A stretch of DNA of 64,000 bases from an uncultured Candidatus Bathyarchaeia archaeon. GTDB lineage: Archaea > Thermoproteota > Bathyarchaeia > 40CM-2-53-6. Shown piece by piece: positions 37,914 to 48,654 of this stretch. The notes below the pieces were generated by a model that saw only the letters and a list, made by a program, of their open reading frames with translations, was not told where the DNA came from and made no database searches. Position 1 is the stretch's first letter. The number at the start of each line of letters is the position of its first letter. The position numbers were made by a program, and so were the translations under genes. The stretch covers positions 35,428 through 99,427 of the forward strand of contig CAZRDM010000002.1 of the NCBI GenBank assembly GCA_964598845.1, written 5' to 3'.

Positions 37914-38999
37914 TCAGGCCATATCTTTGAGGACTCTTAGAACTGTATCGGTTGGGACCAGGTCCGTTAGGAATACTTTGCCTATGGTCCGCGGCAGCAC
38001 CCATCTAATCCGTCCACCCAGAGCCTTCTTGTCTTTCTTTAGCTGTTGAAGGATGTCAGTCGGCTTGATTGGCTGGTCTATCCTGGAGGGAAGGTGCGCG
38101 GTGTCTATTAGACGCTCTTGAAGTTCGAGTGTCTCGTCACTTGTGAAACCGAGCTCGCAGGATATGCTCGCCGCAGCTTTCATGCCGATTGCAACTGCTT
38201 CTCCATGTGAGTAGTGGGCATAGCCAGTCAGAGTTTCGAGCGCGTGTCCGACGGTATGCCCATAGTTTAGGATCGATCTGATCCCGCGCTCCTTCTCGTC
38301 TTCTTCTACGACCCGAGCCTTGATAGAAGAACACCGGGAGATTATTTCGATAACACTCTCACTGGAAAGATTGGGGAATGTATGCAGCGTTGATGCAAGG
38401 ATCTGATAGAGTTCTGGATCTGCGATGATAGCATACTTTATGACCTCGGCCAAGCCGGAACGTAGTTCTCTTTCCGGAAGGGTCCTGATGGTGGAGATGT
38501 CTGACCACACTATTGTTGGTTGATAAAAGGCCCCTATGAGATTCTTCGCCTTCGGATGGTTGATGCCGGTCTTACCTCCGATGCTACTGTCCACTTGCGC
38601 GAGAAGAGTTGTGGGGACTTGGATCAAGCGCAATCCGCGCATGAAGGTGGCGGCGGCAAATCCTGCCACATCACCGATCACGCCTCCTCCAAGGGCGAGT
38701 ATCCCAGAGCTTCTGTCTAACTCGTTCTCGAGCAATCTGTCAAAAATCGCTGTGACAGAGTGAAGCGACTTGGCTTCTTCGTCATCATCTACAAGTGCCA
38801 CTGAAACGTCGAAATGGCTCGACACAAGGGAATCTTGGATTACTTTGCCGTATAGAGACCATACTCTTTCGCTGCTAACTATCATCTGTTTACATCCGAG
38901 TCCAAGCTTGCTGATGGCTTTTCCCAGATCGCTCAGTATTCCGTTTCCAACAACAATCTCGTACGAACGCTCTCCGAGAGATACGGGAATCCTCTTCAA
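37914..38999 (-). CDS. aroB: 3-dehydroquinate synthase
   Basis: GGGVIGDVAGFAAATFMRG (NAD-binding) and metal-binding His residues. 361 aa. Confidence 0.85.
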   Translation of the reverse strand: MKRIPVSLGERSYEIVVGNGILSDLGKAISKLGLGCKQMIVSSERVWSLYGKVIQDSLVSSHFDVSVALVDDDEEAKSLHSVTAIFDRLLENELDRSSGILALGGGVIGDVAGFAAATFMRGLRLIQVPTTLLAQVDSSIGGKTGINHPKAKNLIGAFYQPTIVWSDISTIRTLPERELRSGLAEVIKYAIIADPELYQILASTLHTFPNLSSESVIEIISRCSSIKARVVEEDEKERGIRSILNYGHTVGHALETLTGYAHYSHGEAVAIGMKAAASISCELGFTSDETLELQERLIDTAHLPSRIDQPIKPTDILQQLKKDKKALGGRIRWVLPRTIGKVFLTDLVPTDTVLRVLKDMA

Positions 39000-39012
39000 G
39001 TCGAAAAGACAC

Positions 39013-40029
39013 CTAACGCAACAGACGACCGACAGCTCTTGCGACAGGTTCGAGCTCTTCTACCAGATTTCCGAACTCCTTCAAGTCCAATTGTTGATGG
39101 GAATCGGAGAAAGCTCTCTCGGGGTTTGGATGCGTTTCAATCATGAGGCCATCAGCTCCCGCGGCTACTGCCGCCTTAGCCATCGGCGTTACGAGATCTC
39201 TGCTCCCTGTAGCGTGGCTCGGGTCAACCACAACGGGCAGATGAGTCAGTTTTCTGAGGACCGGAATGGCCGCAAGATCTAGGGTGTTCCGAGTTGCTTT
39301 CTCGAACGTACGGATGCCCCTCTCGCAAAGAACGACATTTGGGTTTCCCTCCAAGAGAATGTACTCAGCGGCCTGCAGCCATTCGTCGATAGTGGCCATC
39401 ATTCCACGCTTCAGAAGGACAGGTATCCTCGATTTTCCAACGGCCTTGAGAAGTGAAAAGTTCTGCATGTTGCGTGCTCCGATCTGCAACATATCGGTGT
39501 ACTTGCTCAGAAGGTCAACCTTTTCGGGGGCAAGGACCTCCGTTACGATGGGAAGTCCGACTTCTTCACGTACCTCGGCCAGTAGCGGGAGGCCTTCGTC
39601 TCCTAGCCCTTGAAAATCGTAGGGCGAAGTGCGCGGTTTGTAGACGCCTCCTCGCAGAAGAGAAGCGCCAAGCCGCTTGGCCGCATGAGCTGTTTCTAGG
39701 AACTGTGTTCGGCTTTCAATGGAGCATGGGCCTGCGATGATGACGAGCTTCATGGCGCCGATGCTTACGTCTCCGACCCTGACTTCTGATGTCTTGCCTT
39801 GAAACTCCTTACTGGCCAGTTGAGCTCTCAGAGTTGAGTTTACGACTCGCTCAGTGATCCCGTTTCTTTCGAGTTCAGCTACCTCCTCCGGAGCGAGCTC
39901 TTGATGAGTAACAAGGAGAGTTTGATTGTTCCAAGCTACGGCTCTTACATCAATTCCTTTCTTACTTAGAAGATCTCGTGCCTCAACGATTCTTTCAGGG
40001 CTCGCATCCTTCCGCAGGACTACTATCAA
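39013..40029 (-). CDS. aroF: 3-deoxy-7-phosphoheptulonate (DAHP) synthase, type I-beta, with an N-terminal ferredoxin-like regulatory domain
   Basis: KDO8PS/DAHPS core motifs ([23 protein letters not shown]) preceded by an extra domain of about 80 aa. Confidence 0.85.
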   Translation of the reverse strand: MIVVLRKDASPERIVEARDLLSKKGIDVRAVAWNNQTLLVTHQELAPEEVAELERNGITERVVNSTLRAQLASKEFQGKTSEVRVGDVSIGAMKLVIIAGPCSIESRTQFLETAHAAKRLGASLLRGGVYKPRTSPYDFQGLGDEGLPLLAEVREEVGLPIVTEVLAPEKVDLLSKYTDMLQIGARNMQNFSLLKAVGKSRIPVLLKRGMMATIDEWLQAAEYILLEGNPNVVLCERGIRTFEKATRNTLDLAAIPVLRKLTHLPVVVDPSHATGSRDLVTPMAKAAVAAGADGLMIETHPNPERAFSDSHQQLDLKEFGNLVEELEPVARAVGRLLR

Positions 40030-40988
40030 GAGATCTCACTGGCCGTTGCCACTGCAATATTGTCCTTCCGACTAATGGCGCGCCTTGCAGCTTCTGCAAT
40101 ATGAGAGGCCGTTAGGCCGTGGAGCTCCATCAGTTGATGTAAATCCCCGGATTCACCGAACCTGTCTCTGATTCCAATCATCTCAACTGGGATCGGTGTG
40201 TTCGAGCAGAGGATTTCAGTAACGGCCCCTCCTAAGCCGCCGAGCACATTATGGTCCTCGACAGTTACTAGTGCGCCCGTCTTCCGCGCAACCTCTACGA
40301 TACTCTCGACATCTAGGGGCTTGATTGTATGCATGTCGACTACGGAGGCGCTGATCCCTTCTTTACGAAGCAACTTTCCAGCCTCAATGGCCTCTGCAAG
40401 GAGGAAACCAGAGGCGACTATTCCGACGTCTGGTCCGTCGGTAATGCGTCTAGCCTTGCCGACCTCGAATCCATCCTCATCATTGAAGATCTCCGGGATC
40501 TCACCCCTCCCGAGCCTGATGTAGAAAGGGCCGTTCATCTTCACAGCCGCTCGTACGGCTTGTCTCATCTCTGTAACGTCAGCGGGAAGTACCAGGGTCA
40601 TCCCTGGGATGACTCTCATCAATGCAATGTCCTCGAAGGATTGGTGCGATGAACCGTCAGCAGCTGGTGTAATGCCCGAGTGTGTCGCAATCATTTTAAC
40701 GTTTAGAGCGTCCCGAGCGACGCTGTTTCTGATCTGCTCCCAAGCCCGTCCAGCAAGAAAGGTTGCGTAAGTGCTGACGACAGGTATCCTCTCAGCTGAC
40801 GCAAGTCCAGCCGCCGTCCCGATCATATCCTGCTCGCTGATTCCGAGATTGAAGTAACGTTCCGGGAAAACCTCGAAAGCACTCACTCCGGTGGATTTTC
40901 CAAGGTCGCCCGTAATCACAACGAGGTTCTTGTATTCTTTGCCAAGTTCTACGAGAACCCTGCCGAGCTCTTCCTTCAACGAAGGCAT
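40026..40988 (-). CDS. tktB: Transketolase, C-terminal subunit
   Basis: Pyrimidine-binding and C-terminal domains (ISEQDMIGTAAGLA...). The gene is split from the N-terminal subunit, which is usual in archaea. Confidence 0.9.
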   Translation of the reverse strand: MPSLKEELGRVLVELGKEYKNLVVITGDLGKSTGVSAFEVFPERYFNLGISEQDMIGTAAGLASAERIPVVSTYATFLAGRAWEQIRNSVARDALNVKMIATHSGITPAADGSSHQSFEDIALMRVIPGMTLVLPADVTEMRQAVRAAVKMNGPFYIRLGRGEIPEIFNDEDGFEVGKARRITDGPDVGIVASGFLLAEAIEAGKLLRKEGISASVVDMHTIKPLDVESIVEVARKTGALVTVEDHNVLGGLGGAVTEILCSNTPIPVEMIGIRDRFGESGDLHQLMELHGLTASHIAEAARRAISRKDNIAVATASEIS

Positions 40989-41029
40989 GCCGACGCCCTA
41001 CCCGTGTCTCCATTCGCTCGATTCTTGAA

Positions 41030-41893
41030 TCAGGAATAGCGAAGTTCTTCCATAGCCCAGTCAAGGTCCTTTTCGTTGAAGGGGGCATTATGTGCGTTAG
41101 CGTCGCCTTCTAGGAACGATAAGCCTCTGCCTTTCATGGTTCGGGCAACTATTACAGTGGGACGATCCGTGGTCCATTCGGCAACATCAAACGAGTGATG
41201 AATCTGCATCAGATTGTGGCCGTCGATCTCAAGAACCTGCCATCCGAAGGACCGCCATTTCCTGTCTAAGGGCTCTTTTTTCTTGATTCTCTCCGTGGCG
41301 TCATCTGACTGGACACCGTTTCGATCAATGATTGCCGTAACGCTTGATAGGCCCAGATGACCTGCCGTCATGGCTGCCTCCCATATCTGACCCTCGTCGC
41401 ACTCCCCGTCTCCTAATAGAGCAAAGACTCGGTAGCTTCTTCCGTCCATTCTTCCGGCCAGAGCTATCCCATTCGCAATCGACAGTCCCTGACCCAACGA
41501 CCCGGTGGAAACATCGACTCCCGGAGTCTCCCGAGTAGGGTGGCCTTGGAGGATACTGCCTGTCTTTCGAAGAGAGGAAAGAATGCTGCAGTCGAAGTAT
41601 CCGGCGCGGGCCAATGTTGCGTAGAGAGCTGGCGCTGCGTGACCTTTGCAGAGAACCAGCCTATCCCGCTCAGGCCAAGTTGGATTCTCGGGTCGGTGAT
41701 TCATTCGATCGAAATAGAGTGATACAAGGATCTCCACGCATGATAACGAAGGACTCAGATGCCCACTGCCCGCACTTGCTATCATTGCGACTATGTCGCG
41801 TCTAATTCGTTGAGCCATCTCTCTTAGAGATTCCAGTTTGTCCCTCGTGAACTCGAGGCTTTCAGACAATCTATTTTCTGTTGTATATCTCAT
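41030..41893 (-). CDS. tktA: Transketolase, N-terminal (TPP-binding) subunit
   Basis: The GDGECDEGQIWEA TPP-binding motif and GHAAPALYA. Confidence 0.9.
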   Translation of the reverse strand: MRYTTENRLSESLEFTRDKLESLREMAQRIRRDIVAMIASAGSGHLSPSLSCVEILVSLYFDRMNHRPENPTWPERDRLVLCKGHAAPALYATLARAGYFDCSILSSLRKTGSILQGHPTRETPGVDVSTGSLGQGLSIANGIALAGRMDGRSYRVFALLGDGECDEGQIWEAAMTAGHLGLSSVTAIIDRNGVQSDDATERIKKKEPLDRKWRSFGWQVLEIDGHNLMQIHHSFDVAEWTTDRPTVIVARTMKGRGLSFLEGDANAHNAPFNEKDLDWAMEELRYS

Positions 41894-42150
41894 AAGAATC
41901 GCCTTCGCAGCCCGCCAGAGTGTAGTGGCGAGCTAGCGTCTGTAGTAGAAGGAATAGCTCGAGAAGGGCGAAAATCGCGCACAGACAGTGTATACTTCCA
42001 TGAGCTAAGCCTTCATTCCGGCGTGACCCATCTAGAGTTATGCTCGTCTACTTAAAACCAAGTATCGGATTTCGATATGTGGCAAGCGCCTACTCATGAC
42101 GTTGTTCTGAGAGGGTTTAGACTTTATGAGCAACAGTAAGGAAGGTCGGA

Positions 42151-42723
42151 GTGAGTGGCTCGACATTGACGTGGATCAAGACGATTCTTGAGGATAAGGC
42201 GACAGGGGATCTGAAGCGAGCCTATGAGGAAGTGTTGCGAACGCGGGGAAAGATCTCCAACATCATGCGCGCGCAGAGTCTCAACCCCAATGTGTTGAGG
42301 TCTCATCTTGAACTCTATGTGACCCTATTCTTTGGCAAGTCCGGTCTTAGCCGCGCAGAACGTGAGATGATTGCAGTGACCTTGTCCGCCGGCAATCGTT
42401 GCAACTATTGCGTTGCGCACCACGGAGAAGCCCTCAGCTTCTACCTGAAGGATCGCGATCAACTGGAGGTTTTCAAGCAGGGCCAGCAACCCATGGACCT
42501 CCCGCAGAGAACCAAGAGCCTCATTGACTACGCCCTAAGACTTACCTTGGATCCCGGCGGGGTTGTGATGGAGGACTTGGAAGCTTTACGAAGGATGGGA
42601 ATCAGCGATTCTGAGATACTGGACCTAGTCCTACTTACAGCTTACATGAACTTCGTGACTCGGGTAGCACAAGGACTGGGCGTGCAATATGATGAGCAAG
42701 AGGCTCGAGGGTACAAGCCGTAG
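42151..42723 (+). CDS. Carboxymuconolactone decarboxylase-family (peroxidase-related) protein
   Basis: The CxxC-like NRCNYCVAHH motif is typical of the AhpD/CMD fold. Confidence 0.65.
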   Translation: MSGSTLTWIKTILEDKATGDLKRAYEEVLRTRGKISNIMRAQSLNPNVLRSHLELYVTLFFGKSGLSRAEREMIAVTLSAGNRCNYCVAHHGEALSFYLKDRDQLEVFKQGQQPMDLPQRTKSLIDYALRLTLDPGGVVMEDLEALRRMGISDSEILDLVLLTAYMNFVTRVAQGLGVQYDEQEARGYKP

Positions 42724-42891
42724 GGCACAATCGGATTAGTTCCTACGGACATCGGTCTAGTCGCGCTTCCTGCGGAATGCAAGCGATAGACGTCCGAGGG
42801 ATGCGGACAGTCTAGTGAGTAGAGTTGTAATTGTTTCTTGACGTGTCCGGGCTATGGGACGTGACGCGTAGGTGAGGGTGGAAGAACTAAA

Positions 42892-43176
42892 ATGACTCTG
42901 CCCCTCATTGTATTAGGAACTACGATTGTAGGGATGTCACAGATGGTTGTGAAGGCGTGTGTCCTGATTAGGGTACGACCAGGTCAGCATTATAGAGTGG
43001 CTGAGAGGATAGCTTCCTTTCAAGGCATTAGAGCCGCCTTTGCGGTCATGGGCGCGGCCGATGTTGTTGCAAGAGTCGAGGTGAACGATATGAAGTCGCT
43101 CACAGTGCTTGGAACCCAGATAGGGGACCTTGAAGATGTCGTTACTACTGAAACACTGATCGCCGCGGAGGCATGA
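42892..43176 (+). CDS. Stand-alone RAM (Lrp/AsnC C-terminal ligand-binding) domain protein
   Basis: About 80-aa core (CVLIRVRPGQHYRVAERIASFQGIRAAFAVMGAADVVARVEVNDMKSL). No HTH is present. Confidence 0.55.
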   Translation: MTLPLIVLGTTIVGMSQMVVKACVLIRVRPGQHYRVAERIASFQGIRAAFAVMGAADVVARVEVNDMKSLTVLGTQIGDLEDVVTTETLIAAEA

Positions 43177-43179
43177 CCC

Positions 43180-43458
43180 ATGAATAGAGCCGTGATGTTG
43201 ATCAAGAGCGGAGGCAGAGTACCGAAGGCTGTCAATCTCGCTCGGGAGCTGAAGCGCGTTCCAGCTGTGACGGAAGCCTATGCAGTCTTCGGCAGATTCG
43301 ATGTCGTAGCCTTCCTTGAAAGCATGGACGTTCGGGAACTTTTCAGATCTGTTTCTGAGGTCACGAAGCTCGAGGGAATAATGAGTTCAGACACTCTCGT
43401 CGAGGCCCAAGAGAGTCAACATACGCGCGACTACGGAAGGGGCCCCTTCTCAAGCTGA
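43180..43458 (+). CDS. Second stand-alone RAM-domain protein
   Basis: VMLIKSGGRVPKAVNLARELKRVPAVTEAYAVFGRFDVVAFLESMDVREL. It is in tandem with the previous gene. Confidence 0.55.
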   Translation: MNRAVMLIKSGGRVPKAVNLARELKRVPAVTEAYAVFGRFDVVAFLESMDVRELFRSVSEVTKLEGIMSSDTLVEAQESQHTRDYGRGPFSS

Positions 43459-43546
43459 TCTTGACCCACAGGCCTCATTTGAGCAGAACCGCGGCCAAAT
43501 CCTCATCTGCGCCAACAGATTCAGATTCTTGATGTTGCCTCTTCCC

Positions 43547-44503
43547 CTAAGACCGTGTGCCCTTCAACTGGACCCGACCCGTGTCATACACAGGGGTCAA
43601 ATATCCTAGGTACTTTGGGTTCCTACCGCTCACCAACCTTTCATACTCTCGTTGCAGTTGTAATGTCCTCGGACCAGGTTCACCAGCTCCGACTAGCTTG
43701 CGATCAATACTGAGAATTGGAGTGACCTCCGCGGCGGTGCCGGTTAGGAATGCTTCCTCGCATGTGTAGAGTTCGCTTCTGGCGAGCGTTCGTTCAGTGA
43801 AAGGGATTTCAAGGTCGTTGATTATGCTCATGATAGTTTCGCGTGTGATGCCTCTCAAGATATTCGATGAAATACCCGGCGTCGCTATGCAATCATCCTT
43901 CACTAAGAAGATGTTCTCTCCAGTGCCCTCAGCGACGTTTCCATTGTTGTCGAGGAAGAGGGCCTCATCGAAGCCGGCTTCAGCTGCTTCTGTCCTAGCG
44001 AGGACGGAATTGATGTAGTGACCGCATGCTTTCGCCATAGCCGGGACTGATGGATCACCAAGCCGCCGCCAAGTTGAAACGCATACGTCAAGCCCTTGCT
44101 TGTCTGGGTCGAAGTACTTCTCATAGGGTATGGCGATTATGCTTACGGAGATAGGCGTGGCTCTTGCATCGAGACTTATTCCGCCGACGCCTTTGAAAGC
44201 AATTGGCCTGACATACAAGGAGGAGCGAAAGTTGTTCCTCCTAATCAAATCTAACACGCCTTTGCAGATCTCTCCCTCACAGTAAGGAAGGGCAAAGCCG
44301 TAGATCCTTGCAGAATCGACCATGCGTCGAATGTGATCGTTGAGCCTAAACACGAGAATGTCGTCTTCGGCTTTGTATGCTCTTATCCCCTCGAAGACGC
44401 CAGTACCGTAATGCAGGGCGTGTGTGAAAACGTGCACCGTTGCCTTGTCCCACGGTACTATTTCTCCATTCAACCAGACAAATTCAGCGGGAGCTTGAGA
44501 CAT
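43547..44503 (-). CDS. ilvE: Branched-chain amino acid aminotransferase (ORF extends to 44584; likely start MSQAPAEFVWLNGE)
   Basis: Fold-type IV PLP enzyme motifs (EGIRAY, the catalytic Lys region and GTAAEVTPI). Confidence 0.9.
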   Translation of the reverse strand: MSQAPAEFVWLNGEIVPWDKATVHVFTHALHYGTGVFEGIRAYKAEDDILVFRLNDHIRRMVDSARIYGFALPYCEGEICKGVLDLIRRNNFRSSLYVRPIAFKGVGGISLDARATPISVSIIAIPYEKYFDPDKQGLDVCVSTWRRLGDPSVPAMAKACGHYINSVLARTEAAEAGFDEALFLDNNGNVAEGTGENIFLVKDDCIATPGISSNILRGITRETIMSIINDLEIPFTERTLARSELYTCEEAFLTGTAAEVTPILSIDRKLVGAGEPGPRTLQLQREYERLVSGRNPKYLGYLTPVYDTGRVQLKGTRS

Positions 44504-44812
44504 TCGAATCTTCAACCTCAAGGCGGGATTCGCTCGATCCTTCGATCCTGAGAATCGAGCTATTGAAGGATGATGAGCGGACACAGTCTCTGAACTATGA
44601 GAGCTTGAAACCGAAACGAACCCTCGTTACAGATTCTAAGAATAGACGTTCGCAAATCCGCTCTTTGGATTCGGCGGTTACTATGCGTGTCCGATATAAG
44701 GTTAACCGCCCTGGAGGTTGAATCCGAACACGCAGCCAAGAAATATCAGAAATTGAGTCCACACGACGCAAGTACTTTCTATCTCGTGTACAATGGTTGG
44801 AGTAGATTTGAG

Positions 44813-46225
44813 ATGCCACCTCGGACACTCCTCGAAAAAATCTGGAAGAGTCATATCGTAGATCAGGAACCAGATCGACCCAGTTTGCTCTGGATCGACA
44901 GACATCTTATCCACGAAGTAACCTCACCTCAGGCCTTCGAGAGCCTTCGCATCGCCGGCAGAAAAGTCAGGCGGCCAGACTTAACATTCGCGACCGTAGA
45001 TCATAATGTTCCAACCACCGACCGATCATTTCCAATTCGGGATCCCATTTCCGCCATGCAGGTAGAAGTGCTAGAAAGGAATTGTAGGGAATTCGGGATT
45101 GCGTTCTTTGGTATGAAAAGCCCGCATCAGGGAATAGTCCATGTGATCGGCCCGGAGCTTGGACTCACATTGCCCGGGACCACCTTAGCCTGCGGCGACA
45201 GTCACACATCGACTCATGGAGCCTTCGGTGCCCTCGGTTTGGGAATTGGAACAAGTGAGGTAGAACACGTGCTCGCCACGCAATGTCTCTGGCTGGAAAA
45301 GCCAAGGACATTTGAGATTCGCGTCGATGGGAAGCTCGATCGTGGGGTAACCGCTAAGGACATCATCCTTTACATAATCGGTCGGATTGGCACGGCCGGA
45401 GGCACAGGCTCCGTGATCGAGTACAGAGGTGAGACCATCAAGGAACTGTCGATGGAAGAAAGAATGACGATTTGTAACATGTCCATAGAGGGAGGCGCCC
45501 GCGGTGGACTCATCTCACCGGACGAGACAACGTTTCGTTACCTTCGCGGACGACGGTACGCACCAAAGAACGAAGCCTTCGAGGAGGCCAAGGATCACTG
45601 GCTTCAGCTTCCCACCGACAGAGGAGCTACATTCGACAGGAGCATTGCATTTGATGCATCGCGGATCGCACCGCAGGTTACTTGGGGAACAACCCCTGCC
45701 ATGGTAAGCGATGTCACGGGACAGGTGCCGTACCCTGACCATTTTGATGAGCCGAATATGAGGAAGGCGGTCGTCCGTGCCTTGGAGTATATGGCACTGG
45801 AACCTGGGACACCCATACAGTCAATCAACCTCGACAGGATTTTCATTGGGTCCTGCACAAACTCCCGTCTGGAAGATTTGCTCGTTGCCTCGAAGGTGAT
45901 CAAGGGGAAGAAGCTTGCACCGGGGGTGCGCGCGATGGTTGTTCCAGGTTCCCAGCTTGTAAGGTATCAGGCTGAGAAGCAGGGGTTAGACCGGATTTTC
46001 AAAGAGGCGGGGTTCGAGTGGAGGCAATCAGGGTGTAGCATGTGCTTGGGAATGAATCCTGACGTTCTCGCGCCCGGAGAACGATGCGCCAGCACTTCAA
46101 ACCGCAATTTTGAGGGCAGACAGGGGCCTGGAGGGCGAACACATCTTGTCAGTCCAATCATGGCAGCCGCGGCGGCCATTGCAGGACACTTCGTCGACAT
46201 ACGAGATTGGGACATATCGAGCTGA
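44813..46225 (+). CDS. leuC: 3-isopropylmalate dehydratase large subunit (ORF begins at 44687)
   Basis: Aconitase-family FeS ligand motifs ([22 protein letters not shown] and NRNFEGRQG). Confidence 0.9.
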   Translation: MPPRTLLEKIWKSHIVDQEPDRPSLLWIDRHLIHEVTSPQAFESLRIAGRKVRRPDLTFATVDHNVPTTDRSFPIRDPISAMQVEVLERNCREFGIAFFGMKSPHQGIVHVIGPELGLTLPGTTLACGDSHTSTHGAFGALGLGIGTSEVEHVLATQCLWLEKPRTFEIRVDGKLDRGVTAKDIILYIIGRIGTAGGTGSVIEYRGETIKELSMEERMTICNMSIEGGARGGLISPDETTFRYLRGRRYAPKNEAFEEAKDHWLQLPTDRGATFDRSIAFDASRIAPQVTWGTTPAMVSDVTGQVPYPDHFDEPNMRKAVVRALEYMALEPGTPIQSINLDRIFIGSCTNSRLEDLLVASKVIKGKKLAPGVRAMVVPGSQLVRYQAEKQGLDRIFKEAGFEWRQSGCSMCLGMNPDVLAPGERCASTSNRNFEGRQGPGGRTHLVSPIMAAAAAIAGHFVDIRDWDISS

Positions 46226-46231
46226 TGAGCA

Positions 46232-46840
46232 TTGGAACGCTTTAGGAACTTTACGGGTATCGTAGCTCCTCTGGACCGAATCAATGTTGACACTGACCAG
46301 ATAATTCCGAAACAGTTTCTCAAGCTTATGCAGAGAACCGGATTCGGCAAGTACTTGTTCTACGAGTGGCGGTTCGAACGGGACGGCAGAGTGAAGGCAG
46401 ATTTTGTTCTGAATAATCCTCGATTTGGAGGAGCAAAGATACTGCTGACCCGCGCCAATTTCGGTTGCGGGAGCTCTCGAGAACACGCAGTTTGGGCTCT
46501 CTCTGAGTACGGTTTCAGAACGTTGATCGCTCCATCGTACGCAGATATCTTCTACAATAATTGCTTCAAGAACGGCATTCTCCCAATCATTCTTGCCCAA
46601 GCCGATGTGGATCACTTATTCAGCGAAGTCTCGAAGCAAGAAGGCTATTCTCTAGAGATAGACCTCCCAGAGCAGACCATTCGAAAGCCAAACGGAGAAA
46701 CCATACACTTCGATATCGACTCATTCAGGAAAAAATCCCTGCTGGAGGGCCTTGATGAGATAGCGTTAACATTGCAGCTTGACGCAAAGATCAGAGATTA
46801 TGAGATGACATTGAGCGGCTTCCAACTAGCGCGAGATTAG
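46232..46840 (+). CDS. leuD: 3-isopropylmalate dehydratase small subunit
   Basis: Aconitase swivel domain with GCGSSREHA. Confidence 0.9.
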   Translation: MERFRNFTGIVAPLDRINVDTDQIIPKQFLKLMQRTGFGKYLFYEWRFERDGRVKADFVLNNPRFGGAKILLTRANFGCGSSREHAVWALSEYGFRTLIAPSYADIFYNNCFKNGILPIILAQADVDHLFSEVSKQEGYSLEIDLPEQTIRKPNGETIHFDIDSFRKKSLLEGLDEIALTLQLDAKIRDYEMTLSGFQLARD

Positions 46841-46875
46841 CCGCTCACAGCACAATGGCTTTTCGATGTCCCGAC

Positions 46876-48555
46876 CTAGTTGCAGATCGCCCCCTCGGCG
46901 GCAGAATGAACGAGTTTTGAATACTTGAATAGCGCGCCTTTCTGGTACTTCAGTTCTGGTTGTTTCCAGTTCTTCATTCTTGATGTAAGCTCTTCATCTG
47001 TGACCTCTACTTTCAGCAGTCGACGTTTCACATCAATGGCAACCTTGTCCTGTTCCTGTAGCACCGCCAGTGGTCCTCCAACCTGTGCTTCAGGGGAAAC
47101 GTGCCCAACCATCAGGCCTCGTGTAGCGCCAGAGAACCTGCCGTCGGTAACCAAGGCGACGTTCTCACCGATGCCTTGGCCTACTATTGCGGCGGTGATG
47201 GCTAGCATTTCTCGCATTCCAGGACCCCCTCTTGGTCCTTCATAACGTATGATGACAACATCGCCACCTTGGATCTCACGTCTCTGAACCGCTGCGAAGG
47301 TCATTTCTTCGGAGTCGAAGACCCTAGCTGGTCCTCGATGTTGAAGTCTGGTCGCGCCAGAGATCTTGATGACGGCTCCTTCCGGAGCAAGGTTCCCTCT
47401 AAGAACCACCAATCCTCCTTGTGGGTGGATCGGGTTAGAGACTTCCCTCACTATGTTCTGCGCGTTGCCCTCAAAGCGAATCTCTTTGATGTTCTGATCA
47501 AGCCTCTTGCCCGTCACCGTCAAAGCTTCTCCGTTTAGCAGTCCTGTGTCAAGCAGCTTTTTCATGATGAGCGGAGCTCCACCAACGAGGTCGAGGTCTC
47601 GCATGACGTATCGGCCTCCCGGTCTCAGGTCCGCGATTACTGGAGTCTTTCGCCCTATTCGTTCGAAATCGTCAAGGGTAAGCTTGATTCCCGCTTCATG
47701 TGCGATCGCTGGCAGATGCAGGAAGGCATTCGTTGACCCGCCGATGGCTTGGACGACTGCTATGGCATTCTCGAAAGCTTCGAATGTTAGGATGTCTCTC
47801 GGTCGAATCCCGTTCTCAAGAAGCCCCATCACAGCTAAACCGCTCATGTACGATGCGCTATATCTACGCTCATCAGTTGCGGGGGGTGAGGCCGATCCCG
47901 GCAGCGATAGGCCTACCGCTTCCATGGCGCAGGCCATAGTATTCGCTGTGAAGAGGCCTCCACAGGCTCCCTCTCCTGGACACGCCGAACATTCGAGTTG
48001 GACAAGTTGCTCCATGGTCATTTTTCCTGCAACGTACGTTCCTACAGCCTCGAATACGTCTTGGATTGTGACGTCGCGTCCCTCGAAGTTTCCTGGCATT
48101 ATGGTGCCTCCGTAAAGAAATACAGATGGAATGTTCAGTCTTGCAGCGGCCATCGCCGAGCCAGGTAGGCTTTTGTCGCAACCCGCGACGGTCACGAGAG
48201 CATCGAATCGCTGAGCGATAGCCATAACCTCAATCGAGTCCGCGATGATTTCGCGGCTTACCAGAGAGGCCTTCATCCCTTCGGTTCCCATGGAGACTCC
48301 GTCGCTCACCGCGATCGTGCCGAACTCGAAAGGCGTTCCTTTCGCGGCCCTAACGCCTTCTTTGACCTTCTTCGTGAGTTTGCTAAGGTGAAAGTTACAA
48401 GGGGTGACCTCATTCCATGTGCTCGCAACGCCAACAAAGGGTTGCGTGAAATCTTGGTCTGTATAGCCGATTGCCCGTAGCATTGCACGATTGGGGGCTC
48501 GCTCAGGGCCTTCCGTTATGTCCTTGCTTCTAAGCCTGAAAAGCTTCGAGGTCAT
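46876..48555 (-). CDS. ilvD: Dihydroxy-acid dehydratase
   Basis: ILVD/EDD motifs CDKSLPG and SGGTS-like, with the cysteine triad for the FeS cluster. 559 aa. Confidence 0.9.
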   Translation of the reverse strand: MTSKLFRLRSKDITEGPERAPNRAMLRAIGYTDQDFTQPFVGVASTWNEVTPCNFHLSKLTKKVKEGVRAAKGTPFEFGTIAVSDGVSMGTEGMKASLVSREIIADSIEVMAIAQRFDALVTVAGCDKSLPGSAMAAARLNIPSVFLYGGTIMPGNFEGRDVTIQDVFEAVGTYVAGKMTMEQLVQLECSACPGEGACGGLFTANTMACAMEAVGLSLPGSASPPATDERRYSASYMSGLAVMGLLENGIRPRDILTFEAFENAIAVVQAIGGSTNAFLHLPAIAHEAGIKLTLDDFERIGRKTPVIADLRPGGRYVMRDLDLVGGAPLIMKKLLDTGLLNGEALTVTGKRLDQNIKEIRFEGNAQNIVREVSNPIHPQGGLVVLRGNLAPEGAVIKISGATRLQHRGPARVFDSEEMTFAAVQRREIQGGDVVIIRYEGPRGGPGMREMLAITAAIVGQGIGENVALVTDGRFSGATRGLMVGHVSPEAQVGGPLAVLQEQDKVAIDVKRRLLKVEVTDEELTSRMKNWKQPELKYQKGALFKYSKLVHSAAEGAICN

Positions 48556-48654
48556 TGAAGTCTTCCTCGGAGGACAACGAAGCGCTCCAATCGTTGCATA
48601 CAGCGCTGGCTTTCAAAGATAACTAGCAAATTGCTCTCGATCAAGCTTAGTCAG

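Noticed and set aside
38770-39282. 170-aa ORF on the plus strand spanning the aroB/DAHP synthase junction
   Set aside because: It is antisense to two well-supported genes and has no domain signal.
47507-48181. ORFs antisense to or overlapping ilvD
   Set aside because: They are shadow ORFs within a confirmed gene.
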